Of a stretch of DNA of 64,000 nt, positions 45,148 to 56,783 are shown one piece after another. Position 1 is the first letter of the stretch, and the number at the start of each line of letters is the position of its first letter. The stretch covers positions 620,001-684,000 of the forward strand of contig OZ037844.1 of assembly GCA_964035575.1 (NCBI GenBank), read 5' to 3'. Below the pieces are notes generated by a model, which saw only the letters and a program-made list of their open reading frames with translations, did no database searches and had not been told where the DNA came from. The position numbers and the translations under genes are program-made. The stretch is from Rhynchopus sp. YZ270_cl-10. Taxonomy: Eukaryota.

Positions 45148-46103
45148 TTTCCCCCAGAGAGGTGTGTATATTGCTGAAAGGGAGGAAAAAAGGTTGGGGA
45201 AGATGATGAAGATATTTGGTGTGGCCGAGGACGACCCCAAAATAGCAGGAAATAGCACAAAAAAAATAGCACCCCCTTTTCAGCCAATTTTCAGTCGAAA
45301 GATAGAGTTTTGTCAATCAGCGTCGTGCTTGGGGAAGATAAAAAAAAAATGGTAGCTTCCCCACCCCCCAACTGGACAACCCTGCGGCCAACAAAAGGAT
45401 AAAGAAAACCACGAAAAGGGGGTTTGGGGGGAAGTTTAATTCTTGAACGTCATCTAAGAGGAGAAGGAGAAAAGTTTTTGGGAGAGAGAAGCAGTGCTTT
45501 TTTGTATTTCGTTCTGCAGCATTAGGGGGAGGGGAGGGGGAGGGCAAGGGGTGTAGGGTGCGAAGGGTTGCCAGAGTGGTTTCTCGTATCATTTTTTTGA
45601 TAAATTGTTAGAGTAGTGTGTAGTTGCCTCGGGTTGTGTGTTGCCACAGTTTGTGCAATCTCCACTGTCATTTTTTTCCTGTCGCAGGAAACACAAAAAG
45701 AAAGCTTTTGCAAAGAGGACTCTGTGCACACAATCTTAGAGTGGTTTGTTTTTCGACGAATCAAAATCTGTGTTGCGCACATCATAAAATTGAGAAAAGT
45801 TTGGCATTCCCATCTGATTATGACTCATGTTTATCGGTGTTTGCCAGCCGTTTCTTTCTACTGAATTTGACCCATCTTTAAATGAAAAAACAGCTGATAA
45901 ACATGCATTGTAACCCTAATCCCGCACCCATAGAAAGGGGAAAGCAAAACGCAGGGTAAGTGGAGCGCTAAAAAAAGGCGTCCTTTTTTTGTTTTATTTT
46001 TTTTTTTCTAAAAAAATTTACACAGAAGAAAAAAACGCGACGCAAAAAAAGCAGGGGTACCCCCTTCTCAAAAGAGGAGACAAATAATGGTACACATAAC
46101 ACA

Positions 46104-46535
46104 CACGGTGGGACTCTTTCTGGAAAAGGGCAACTATATTCCGGAGTTCCAAAAAGGGGGAGAGTATCAACTCCCCCTTTAGTGAAAGGGGGGAGTCGGG
46201 ACTCCCTCTCGTGGGACCTTGAGCGGGTTGAGGATAGGCGCGGTCAGCAGGAGCGCAGCCTTCCTCACTACTCGGGTTAGAGGCGGGCCTCCGGCTCGCC
46301 TCTGCCACCACGGAGTATCCCGTCCGCGTGTTCCTCTGGTGCCGCCGCCTCCCCGACGGAAGCGCTATAACCCATGTTGCGCTCAGGTACGTTGCGCAAT
46401 TGCCGTAGCTCTGGCAGCCCTGTTGTCCTCATTCGGGTACCGGGGAGTGGGAGCAGTGTCCACGACTTCGTCACCCCTTCTCCCTCTCGTGGGACCTCTT
46501 TTTAAGTTGCCCTTTGCCAAAAAGAGTCCACCATG
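46104..46535. mobile_element. 432-bp MITE with ~32-bp imperfect TIRs and 2-bp TSD (CA)
   Basis: CACGGTGGGACTCTTTCTGGAAAAGGGCAACT...AGTTGCCCTTTGCCAAAAAGAGTCCACCATG, with CA on both sides. Confidence 0.7.
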
Positions 46536-46596
46536 CAGTGGTCCTGTAACGACATTACGCAATTGCGACGTCAAATACGAGCAGGGGGGGGGGTTA

Positions 46597-48181
46597 GGGG
46601 GTTCCACCACACGACGGTGAAGTCAATGACATGACATGTGCTTTTACATGTAAAATGACATGTGAAAATAAGTGACATGTGCCACATGTCATTTTACATG
46701 TCAAATGACATGTGAGCACATGTAAAATGACATGTGGTACATGTCATTTTACATGTACGGTAACAGAAACTGATACTTTTTACGGTCAGTACGTTACCGT
46801 ACATGTCATGTTACATGTGGCACATGTCATTTTAACATGTAAAATGACATGTGCACCTGTAAAAGTGACATGGTAACGCATGTCAAAAAAGTGACATGTA
46901 AAGCACATGTCAAAAGCACATGTCATGTCATTGACTTCACCGTCGTGCAAGGGCGTTTTGCTGTCCAAAACCCATTTTTTTGAAATTTCGGTGAAGAAAC
47001 CCACTAAAATGGGCGTGCCTGGCCGCAAATCGCCCTGGTGATCACCCATATATCCCAATAAACCACCTGAAGACCTCAACAGAGCATTTCTTGTCCCAAA
47101 AAAATCGATTTTTTGTGAAAAAAAGCCCCAAAACTGCGTCACGTTTGCGTAACGCTTGGTGGCCAAAATTTAACACTTGCCAAGAAATTTCTCCAACCAG
47201 ACAAAACTCCTTCTAAGCACCTGAAAAACACCTCAGTCCACATCTTCTGGGGTCCCGGGGTGGAAATGTATGGTTTTTACAGCTTTTAGGGGTCCTGGGA
47301 GGGTCCCAGACGTATTCATGAGGGACGGAACCGCTTATAATGCCCGAATTTACCTCTTTTTTAGGGTGCTTTTTCACCTTAAAAATTCAAAAAAAAGTTC
47401 TCAGATAAGCACAGAAGTGTCAAAACCCCCTCGGAACTACTCGCCAGACCCCCTGCGGGGTGGAGAATCATATTTGCGATCACTTTTTGGGCTATTTTGC
47501 CCAAAATAACCTCATGTTACACTTTTGTTACACTTGTCCCAAAATAGGGTATTTTAGGCTATTTTGGGACAAGTGGGACAAAAGTGGGACACGGGATTAT
47601 TTTGGGCAAAATAGCCCAAAAAGTGATCGCAAATATGATTCTCCACCCCGCAGGGGGTCTGGCGAGTAGTTCCGAGGGGGTTTTGACACTTCTGTGCTTA
47701 TCTGAGAACTTTTTTTTGAATTTTTAAGGTGAAAAAGCACCCTAAAAAAGAGGTAAATTCGGGCATTTTAAGCGGTTCCGTCCCTCATGAATACGTCTGG
47801 GACCCTCCCAGGACCCCTAAAAGGTGCAAAAACTATACATTTCCACCCCGGGACCCCAGAAGATGTGGACTGAAGTGTTTTTCGGGTGTTTAGAAGGAGT
47901 TTTGTCTGATTGGGAAAATTTCTTGGCAAGTGTAAAATTTTGGCCCCCAAGCGTTACGCGAGCGTTACGCAGTTTTGGGGCTTTTTTTCACAAAAAATCG
48001 ATTTTTTAAAGACAAGAAATGCTCTGTGAAGGTCGTCAGGTGGTTTATTGGGATATATGGGTGATCCCCAGGGCGATTTGCGGCCAGGCACGCCCATTTT
48101 AGTGGGTTTCTTCACCGAAATTTCAAAAAAATGGGTTTTGGACAGCAAGTCCTTAAGGATTTCCTTATACGTGGAACCCCC
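46597..48181. mobile_element. Foldback (long palindromic) element with ~550-bp inverted arms
   Basis: Arms ~46958-47509 and ~47597-48148 are highly similar reverse complements. Termini GGGGGTTCCAC...GTGGAACCCCC are flanked by TA. Confidence 0.85.
46610..46947. mobile_element. 338-bp MITE with CACGACGGTGAA TIRs and 2-bp TSD (CA)
   Basis: TIR of more than 30 bp (CACGACGGTGAAGTCAATGACATGACATGTGCTTTT); interior is an array of ACATGT palindromes; CA on both sides. Confidence 0.88.
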
Positions 48182-48356
48182 TAAGGGGGGGGGTGAACTC
48201 ATAATTACGCCCGAATTTTTTTTTCGTGTAATTTTCACCTGTTTTCGACCCCGTACCCTGTCACGTAATTCTATTACAGGACCACCGTGTAATGTGTTTG
48301 CACCGAAGGGAGGGGGGGTGCGTTCTTTTTGTTTTCTTTCATTAATTTTCTCTAAA

Positions 48357-48742
48357 CATGGATGTACAAAGTACTTGATTACTTTTTTTCACTTTTTTTG
48401 GTGTACTTCAAGTACTTGATCGATTTAAAAAAAAAAGAAAAAAATATTTTTTTCTTGCTTCAAGTACTTTTTTTCCTTCAAGTACTTTCACTTTTTTTGT
48501 ACTTGATTACTTTTTTTGTTGCATCAAGTACTTGAATTGGCAAAAAAAGTAAAAAAAATGGAAAAGTACTTGAATTTATTCAAGTACTTTTCCATTTTTT
48601 TGCCGAATCAAGTACTTGATGCAAAAAAAAAAGTAATCAAGTAAAAAAAAAAAAAAAAACGGGTCAAGTACTTGAAGTATCAAGTACTGGGATTTTTCTA
48701 CTTTTTTTTACTTTCTGGAAAAAAGTACTTTGTACATCCATG
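48357..48742. mobile_element. 386-bp MITE rich in AAGTACTT palindromes
   Basis: 20-bp TIR CATGGATGTACAAAGTACTT; 6-bp direct flank TCTAAA on both sides. Confidence 0.78.
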
Positions 48743-49060
48743 TCTAAATATCCCCATTTTAAAAAAAGTACATTTCTTTTTTTTTTTTTCGTCACGTACT
48801 TTCTACATGAAATTTGCATGTGTTTTTTTTAAAAAAGAAAAGTTTCTCAAGATGAACCTGAGCCTCTTATGCTTCACTTTCATCACAAAAAAAAAAATTG
48901 CAATCAAATGTTCTCTTTTACTACAATACCCTTCTTTCCCTTAAAAATGTGTAAAAAAAATCCCGCAAAAATCCCCCCAACATTTTCACCCCCTCCCTCC
49001 TCCCAACTCTTGGGGGCGGGGTACGGTGAAAAGACAAAAATACGCACATTAAAACAATTC

Positions 49061-50161
49061 TTAAGGGTCTGGGAGCATCGTTCCCTTGGAGGAACCTATT
49101 TTACGCCCACCGCATGAGGTGGACTCGGGGACGTGTCTGAGGAATGTTTCGGTCTTGCACTTCATTTTTGAGGTTCCGTTGAAGACGCGGAGAGGGAGTT
49201 TACCTATGGACTCGGGAACGTCTGCGTCCATTCCGTCATTTCCTGTAACGCTGAAGACAGAGAGTTTGAGAAGGGAGGTTCCAATATCGGCAGGGATTGC
49301 ACCAGAAAGTTGGTTCTGGTGCAGTCTCAACCAACGCAGCTTCGGCATTTTCAGAATCGACTGCGGGATGGTGCCACTTAATCTATTGTTTGAAAGGTCC
49401 AACTCTTTTAATTCAGGCATCGCGCCGAACTCAGGGATTGTTCCCGAAAGTTTGTTGTTGTTGAGTTTGAGGCTCATGAGAACGGTCTTGCTGAGGAGCG
49501 TTTTTGGGATGGTGCCTTCGAGTTGGTTGTTCGCCATGCTGAAGGTGCCGAGGCAGGGTGCAGGGAGGAAGCCGTCTGGTAGTGTTCCTGCGATTTGGTT
49601 GTCAGATAGATCGAAGAGTTGGGCACAGATTTGATGGCTCATATCCGGCATCGTTCCGGTGATTTTTGATTTAGGGATTTCGAACCAGGCAGTGCAAATA
49701 AGGTACCGCATCGTGTCAGGCAGTTCCTTTACCATGCCGTGGGCGATTTTGAGTGCTTGGATGCCAAGGCCTGCGGATTGTGGTGGTGGTGGGTTGTAGA
49801 TGCCGGAGTGGCAGATGAGGCCGTTCCACTGTCCGTTGTATCCAGCCTCGCCCCAGACGCAGCCCTTAGAATAGTCGCCCCAGTTCTGCTTGAATTGGGT
49901 GGGCCACGTGGCAGGGCCGTCGCTTTTGATGTATAGGTCGTTCATCGCGCTCAGCTCGTTCTGGAGGTGTTCTTTGGTGCCGATCTTGATGTATTCCTTC
50001 ATCTTCTCGAACCACTGTGCCGGCATCCCAATGTGATGGCAGTCGGGTTTGCCGTCCTCGCCGGGATGCGGTGCCATGTGTTCCCAGTCGTACACCTGCT
50101 TCCAGTTCTCCGCAGAAGCGGTGGTGACAGCGGAAACCAAGAAGAGCGCTGCTTTGTGCAT
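49061..50161 (-). CDS. Secreted leucine-rich-repeat protein with plant-type LRRs (~366 aa)
   Basis: Signal peptide from MHKAALFLVSAV; repeats LDLSNNRLSGTIP, LKLNNNKLSGTIP and LRLHQNQLSGAIP; WNGLIC cap-like motif. Confidence 0.85.
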   Translation of the reverse strand: MHKAALFLVSAVTTASAENWKQVYDWEHMAPHPGEDGKPDCHHIGMPAQWFEKMKEYIKIGTKEHLQNELSAMNDLYIKSDGPATWPTQFKQNWGDYSKGCVWGEAGYNGQWNGLICHSGIYNPPPPQSAGLGIQALKIAHGMVKELPDTMRYLICTAWFEIPKSKITGTMPDMSHQICAQLFDLSDNQIAGTLPDGFLPAPCLGTFSMANNQLEGTIPKTLLSKTVLMSLKLNNNKLSGTIPEFGAMPELKELDLSNNRLSGTIPQSILKMPKLRWLRLHQNQLSGAIPADIGTSLLKLSVFSVTGNDGMDADVPESIGKLPLRVFNGTSKMKCKTETFLRHVPESTSCGGRKIGSSKGTMLPDP

Positions 50162-51363
50162 TGTGTTGTGTTTTGCTGTGAGATGAGGTGAGGTGAGTAT
50201 TGTAAGACGAAAACCATCATCATGAAGGGGATGAGAGAGCTTTCCTATGCCTCTCAGCATCGTCTCACAGACTCTGAGGCCTAGGAGTTTATCCGTATTC
50301 TAGGAGAGAAAAAGCGACCCCAGTACAAAAATGATGATCCACCTATGCGTGAATCAGATGAAGTTGTGTTAAGGTGGTATGTAGCAATGTGGTGGGGCGA
50401 TCACCCCAAAAAAAAGAATGAGAATACTGGGCAGAGAAAAACTGAGGGGGCAAATAAGGGATTCAATTTGAAAAACAAGCGGTGGGTGGGTGGGTGGGTG
50501 GGAAGGTGGGGTTGACAAAGCTTTTTTTTTCGGGTTGGGATCAGTTTGAACGTATGCACAAAAATAAAGCAAGTGAAACAAAATCGAAAACTTCACAACA
50601 CGTATACAAATCGAAACATCGGGAAAAACATGCGTACTCTCACAAAATACACAAGGGACACATGCGGACAAGAGAATAAAAACCAGCGTAAGGACAGTGA
50701 CAATTGCGTAACATTGCGTGCGCTGGGTTAACGCTTGGGGAGTGCGGTGATGGTCGGGTAAAAAGACCAACGCATGGAGGATTTAGGCTCGCTTAGGGGG
50801 TGGCGCGACTCACCCATCTGGCTTGCGCAGACTGCTGCCTGTTGCAAAAGTGTAAACAGAACTGAAAGTGGAATTACATTGCATTTTACGCACGTGGGAG
50901 TGGGAGGGGAATATGAAACACTTACTAGCAAACAATACAACACCACTATGAGTTTTTGAGGTTTGGTGCCTTGGTGTAGTGGGTGGGGAGGAGTGTGGGG
51001 ACTTAGCTATGCAAACCCTCACCTCTCTGTCCTTGAGGGTGAGTGGCGAAACCTCATCGATCTCGAACTCAACGAGTGTTTGAGTTAAAGATGTTTGTGG
51101 TTCAGTGTAAAGAGGGGACAGGGGACAGGGTCACACACTTACAACAATACAGGAAGAATGCATTAAACCACGTACACCTTGCACTCTTGCTACTTTGTTC
51201 GCGTCACAATGCGGCTATTGGTGAGATACACTGCAACCTAATTAGAAAATTTCTGATAGAATTCATGAACAATAACCGACGTGTTACCTCAAGACTGAGA
51301 AACAGACGAGAAGTGCTCAGCACACAGGAACAACAGTCAGCAGCGCCGTCACGTTGCTGCACA

Positions 51364-54117
51364 CTACTTTGAGTGGGGCAAGGCCCGCAGTCGTGAATAA
51401 TACGACCCTTCACTTCGTCTGCCATTCCCGCTCTCATCCACCTCCGCGCACCGTCGTTCCATCTTTGCGTTGTGCCTTTTCCAGGCTCTCCTTCTCCTCC
51501 GCGTGCCTTTTACTCTCCTCTGCTTCTCCTCCTTCATCACATTGCCCTGCTCCAGCGCTGCTTCCAGTGCAGTGTTCCCCAACCTATCTGTCTGCTTCAC
51601 GTCCACTTCCTTCGAGTTCACAAGATAGCACACAGTCTCGGCGTGCCCATTGGCTCCCGCAAGCATAAGACATGTGTGTCCGTTGTTGTCTGCCACACGC
51701 ACATCCGCACCTGCTTCGACTAACATCTGCACAATTTCGAGTTTCCCAGCATCACAAGCATAGTGAAGCAGTGTGCGTCCGTTGACATTCTTTGCCTCAA
51801 TGTCAGCCCCTGCGTCAATGAGCACCTCCACCACATTAACATGTCCACTGGACACCGCAGTGTGCAACGCAGTTCGGTTCTGGAATCCTTGGCGAATCAC
51901 GTCCGCCTCCCGTAAGCTAGCAAGATAGCGCACAGTCTCGGTGCGCCCATCATTAGCTGCACGGTTAAGACACGTCTCTCCTTCGTTGTCTGCCACACGC
52001 ACATCCGCACCTGCTTCGACTAACATCTGCACAATTTCGAGTTTCCCAGCATCACAAGCATAGTGAAGAGGTGTGAGTCCTTTGACATCCTTTGCCTCAA
52101 TGTCAGCCCCTGCGTCAATGAGCACCTCCACCACATTGACACGTCCATTGGACACCGCAATGTGCAACGCAGTTCGGTTCTGGAATCCTTGGTGATTCAC
52201 GTCCACCTCCCGTAAACTAGCAAGATAGCGCACAGTCTCGGTGCGCCCATTATTAGCTGCAAGGTCAAGACACGTATAATCTCCTTCGTTGTCAGCATGA
52301 CACACTTTCGCACCTGCTTTGAGCAACACCTTCACAACTGCGATGTACCCGTGTATGCAAGCCCAGCGAATAGGCGAATACCCAACGTCGTCCTTTGCCT
52401 CAATGTCTGCCCCTGCATCAATGAGCACCTCCACTACATCTGCATGAACTGTACCTGCTGTGCTTCTCAGTGCAGTACAACCCATACAATCTCTTTGATT
52501 CACATCCACCTCCTTCAAGCCCACAAGATAGCGCACAGTCTCGGTGTGTCCATAACACGCCGCACACTTAAGACATGTGTTTCCGTAGTTGTCTCTGGCA
52601 CACACTTCCGCACCTGCTTCCACCAACACCTTCACAATAGCAATTTCACCTTTCTCGCTAGCACAGTGAAGAGGCGATTGTCCGCACGGGTCCTTTGCCT
52701 CGATGTCTGCCCCTGCATCAATGAGCACCTCCACTACATCTGTATCAACGTACTCCAGGGAGTGCAGTGCAGTGCGACCCCCAGTACCTGGAAGCCAGCC
52801 CTCCTTCGTCCTCTGGTTCACGTCCACCTCAGGCAAGCCAACAAGATAGCGCACAGTCTCGGTGTGTCCAAAATGTGCCGCAAGGATAAGACATGTGTCT
52901 CCTTCGTTGTTTGTGACACGTACTCCCGCACCTGCTTCGACCAACATCTTCACAATAGCGGTCTCACCGAACTGGCTAGCCAAGTGCAGAGGTGAATCCC
53001 CATTGTCACCCTCAATGTCTGCACCAAACGGCAAAGGAGAACTTTCGTTCTCGCTCTTTACCTCGATGTCTGCCCCTGCATCAATGAGCACCTCCACCAC
53101 ATCTGCATGAACTTTCAGTACCGCCATGTGCAGTGCAGTGCGACCCCTCAGACCTCTCTGATTCATGTCTACCTCAGGCAAGCTAACAAGATAGCGCACA
53201 GTCTCGGTTTGTCCAAACCACGCCGCAAGGGTAAGACACGTGTCACCCTCATTGTCTGCGACACACACTTCCGCACCCGCTCTTACCAATATCTTCACAA
53301 GCGCAAGTTCCCCGTTCTCACTTGCCAAGTGCAGAGGCGAACGACCCAAGTTGTTCTTGGCCTCGATATCTGCCCCTGCATCAATGAGCACCTTAGCCAC
53401 ATCGGGATACTTTCCATCCACTGCACAGTGCAGCGCAGAACAGCAGTCGGCAGCTTTGTGATTCATATCCACATTCTTCAAACCCACAAGATAGCGCACA
53501 GTCTCGGTCTGTCCATTCCATGCTGCAAGTGTAAGACATGTGTCTCCTTCGTTGTCTGTGACACACACATCCGCACTTGCTTCGACCAACATCTTCACAG
53601 TTGCGTGAAACTTGTCAGAAAAGCAAGCTAAGAGCAGAGGAGAACGTCCCATGTCGTCCTTTGTCTCGATGTCTGCCCCTGCATCAATGAGCACCTGACA
53701 CACTGCAGGGTCCTCCCACATGGCTGGACAGGGTTGGTCTTCTTCTTCCTCCTTCCCGTGTGGGACAAACGCAACGTTGCTGCAGACTGACTTCCAATGC
53801 TGCAAGAGGACCTCCGTGCACGCAGTGTGATCTGCGTGGATGCACTCACTCAGCAGCATCCCGAAGCCCATCTGCGTTGTCTCAACATACGGAAGAAGCA
53901 GTGCGAGGCATTCATCGCGGTTCCCTCTGCATGCCTCGTGCACAGCATCGAAGGCAACCGTTTTGCTGTCTGTGTCTGGGCTGAGCTGCTCAAGTCCTGT
54001 CCGCACGGCAGTCGTGTCGCCGTTCCTGGCAGCCTCCACCAAGACCTCGTCTGCAGAAAGTGTTGTTCCGTTTGGTGCCTTCTCGTCAGGTGTGCTGTCT
54101 GCGTGTCGCTTCGACAT
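51364..54117 (-). CDS. Ankyrin-repeat family protein, extended form with basic C-tail (917 aa)
   Basis: PNGTT N-terminus, many triads, a 300-nt internal tandem duplication and a KQRRVKGTRRRRRAWKR tail. Confidence 0.9.
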   Translation of the reverse strand: MSKRHADSTPDEKAPNGTTLSADEVLVEAARNGDTTAVRTGLEQLSPDTDSKTVAFDAVHEACRGNRDECLALLLPYVETTQMGFGMLLSECIHADHTACTEVLLQHWKSVCSNVAFVPHGKEEEEDQPCPAMWEDPAVCQVLIDAGADIETKDDMGRSPLLLACFSDKFHATVKMLVEASADVCVTDNEGDTCLTLAAWNGQTETVRYLVGLKNVDMNHKAADCCSALHCAVDGKYPDVAKVLIDAGADIEAKNNLGRSPLHLASENGELALVKILVRAGAEVCVADNEGDTCLTLAAWFGQTETVRYLVSLPEVDMNQRGLRGRTALHMAVLKVHADVVEVLIDAGADIEVKSENESSPLPFGADIEGDNGDSPLHLASQFGETAIVKMLVEAGAGVRVTNNEGDTCLILAAHFGHTETVRYLVGLPEVDVNQRTKEGWLPGTGGRTALHSLEYVDTDVVEVLIDAGADIEAKDPCGQSPLHCASEKGEIAIVKVLVEAGAEVCARDNYGNTCLKCAACYGHTETVRYLVGLKEVDVNQRDCMGCTALRSTAGTVHADVVEVLIDAGADIEAKDDVGYSPIRWACIHGYIAVVKVLLKAGAKVCHADNEGDYTCLDLAANNGRTETVRYLASLREVDVNHQGFQNRTALHIAVSNGRVNVVEVLIDAGADIEAKDVKGLTPLHYACDAGKLEIVQMLVEAGADVRVADNEGETCLNRAANDGRTETVRYLASLREADVIRQGFQNRTALHTAVSSGHVNVVEVLIDAGADIEAKNVNGRTLLHYACDAGKLEIVQMLVEAGADVRVADNNGHTCLMLAGANGHAETVCYLVNSKEVDVKQTDRLGNTALEAALEQGNVMKEEKQRRVKGTRRRRRAWKRHNAKMERRCAEVDESGNGRRSEGSYYSRLRALPHSK

Positions 54118-54689
54118 GGTTTGTGAAGATGTTGATATTCAATGTTGTGTCTTTTATGCTGTTTCTTTTTGTGGAGGTTGTGAGGTGAGTGGTGGCTGTC
54201 CCTGAACTTCTTACCACCTGACAAGCACAGCCCACAGTGGAAACGGGTGGTGTGGAAGTCACCCTCCTGAGGGTGGTGGTGGGAATCCATCTGCCTTGAG
54301 ACGAGGAGGTGAGGGAGGGGGTCTGTAAGATAAATAAAAAATATCACCCAGTCTTGTTCATGTTCATAATGTATTTGCGTACCCTAACCCTCCATCAAAG
54401 AAATAAGTTTGCGTACGGTGCAGAGGAGAAAACACACGCAGTATTGTTAGAACTGTTTCATCTGAAGCAGACCCCAGCAATATGCAAAAGCTGCTCAAAC
54501 AACATTTACAGAAAAGCTGAAAGTGAGTGAAACAACGCTGGCCTAATTCAGTGGTGGTGGGAGGTTGCCATGTTGATTGAAACAGCAACTTAAATACCAT
54601 TGTGAAGGACCGTAGGTGGGTAGGTTGGATCAGTGAGGCAACCTTCCTCTGAAGTCTGTTCACCAACTGTGGTCGACGCGTCCACAGCA

Positions 54690-56783
54690 TCATTCTTCTG
54701 CACCGTGCTTGAGGAGAACCCGCTCCACATCTGTATGTTGTTTCTGCCTCGCATGGTGCAACGCAGTGTATCCCAACAAAGTTCTGTGGTTCACATCCAC
54801 CTCCGGAAAGAATCTCACAAGATAGCGCACAGTCTCGGTCTGTCCATGACGTGCCGCAATGATAAGGCATGTGAACCCGAAGCTCTCTGCCTCGCACACG
54901 TCCGCGCCTGCTTTAACCAACATCTCCACACTTTCGAGAGCTGGTTTAACACAAGCACAATGCAAAGCTGTCCGTCCCCTGCTCGTCTTTGCCTCAATAT
55001 CTGCCCCTGCATCAATTAGCACCTCCACCACATCCGGTGACTGGGGATTCTTTAACAGTACACGGTGCAGCGAAGTGAGGCCGTTGGTATCTGACTGATT
55101 CACATCCACCTCAGGCATGCACAGAAGAGTACGCACAGTCTCGGTGTGTCCACGACCAGCCGCAAGGGTAAGACACGTGTCTCGGTTGTTGTCTGTGCCA
55201 CACCTACTCTGACCAATATCTTCACAACCTGAAAATTTCCACGCCGGCTCGCCACGTGGAGCGGCGAACGTCCGTCGTTATTCTTTACCTCAATGTCTGC
55301 CCCTGCATCAATGAGCAGCTCCACCACATCTGCATGATTGTTTCCAGCTGCAACATGCACCGCGGTGTAGCCGTACGTATGCTTACTATTGACGACCACC
55401 TCAGGCAAGCCCACAAGATAGCGCACAGTCTCAGTGTGTCCAAAATATGCCGCAACGATCAGGCATGTGAATCCTTGGATATCAGCGACACACTCCCGCA
55501 CCTGCTTTGACCAACATCTTCACAACAGCGAGTTCCCCTGAACGACAAGCCAAATGCAGAGGAGAACGACCCAAGTCGTCCTTTGTCTCAATATCTGTCC
55601 CTGCATCAATGAGCACCTGACACACTGCAGGGTCCTCCCACATGGCTGTACAGGGTCGGCCTTTCTTGTCCTCCTGCCCGTGTGGGACAAACGCAACGTT
55701 GCTGCAGACTGACTTCCAATGCTGCAAGAGGACCTCCGTGCACGCAGTGTGGTCTGCGTGGATGCACTCACTCAGCAGCATCCCGAAGCCCATCTGCGTT
55801 GTCTCAACATACGGAAGAAGCAGTGCGAGGCATTCATCGTGGTTCCCTCTGCATGCCTCATGCACAGCATCGAAGGAAACCGTTTTGATGTCTGTGTCTG
55901 GGCTGAGCTTCTCAAGTCCCGTCCGCACGGCAGTCGTGTCGCCGTTCCTGGCAGCCTCCACCAAGGCAAAGTGGAGCACGTCCTCTGCCCCTGCAAGCAT
56001 CGCACGCAGCACAAGAGCTGCCTCCTCATCAACAGGCTTGCCCACAGCACCGCCAGAAAGAAGTGCCTTCACACAGGCAAGGTGATGCCCAGCAACAGCA
56101 GCATCCAGCGCAGTCATCCCATCAACACAGTGTTCGCAGTCTGCACCCTTCGCAACAAGAAACTGCACCACATCCGTATCGCCACGGCACGCTGCAATGT
56201 ACAGCGGACGTGCACAGCTCGCGTCATTCTCACTGTGCACCTCCAGCCCTGCCCCAGACGCGACGAGCAGCTCTGCACTCGCAAGATCCCCAAGGTGTGC
56301 AGCCACACACAACGGCTTGATGCGCCTCCCATTCAGGTCCAACTTGTGTTCCTTCAGCAGCATCGCAAGCACCTCCACTCGCTTCAGGTGCAGACAGGTC
56401 AGCAGGAGCTCGTCCACATCGACTTCCAAGCAGACACGGGTGTTGTCCGAGCATGACTTCCAATGCTGCAAGAGGACCTCAGTGCACGCAGTGTGGTCTG
56501 CGTGGATGCACTCACTCAGCAGCATCCCGAAGCCGTTCGTTCGGTCAACGTAGTGGGGAAGAAGCTGTGCGAGGTCTTTATCGTGGTTCCCTCTGCATGC
56601 CTCGTGCACAGCATCGAAGGCAATCTTTTTTTTGTCTGTGTCTGGGCTGAGCTTCTCAAGTCCCACCCGCACGGCAGTCGTGTCGCCGTTCCTGGCAGCC
56701 TCCACCAAGACCTCGTCTGCAGAAAGCTTTCTTCTCTTTGGTGCCTTCTCGTCAGGTGTGCTGTCTGCGTGTCGCTTCGACAT
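54690..56783 (-). pseudogene. Long-form ankyrin copy with two frameshifts (~55490 and ~55200)
   Basis: Continuous ankyrin homology split over ORFs 55482-56783, 55100-55501 and 54690-55136. There is a 2-nt loss in a CA run and a ~10-nt deletion. Confidence 0.8.

Larger units (their letters stand above)
46100..48289. mobile_element. Outer CAC-terminated MITE (~170 bp net) hosting three insertions
   Basis: After removing 46104-46537 the left end reads CACAGTGGTCCTGTAACGACATTACG; the right end reverse-complements to CACGGTGGTCCTGTAATAGAATTACG. TAA on both sides. Confidence 0.65.

Noticed and set aside
46100..46107. RAG/Transib recombination-signal system suggested by the restored CACAGTG end
   Set aside because: No nonamer or 12/23 spacing, the TSD is 3 bp rather than 5 bp, and there is no link to the ankyrin repeat boundaries.
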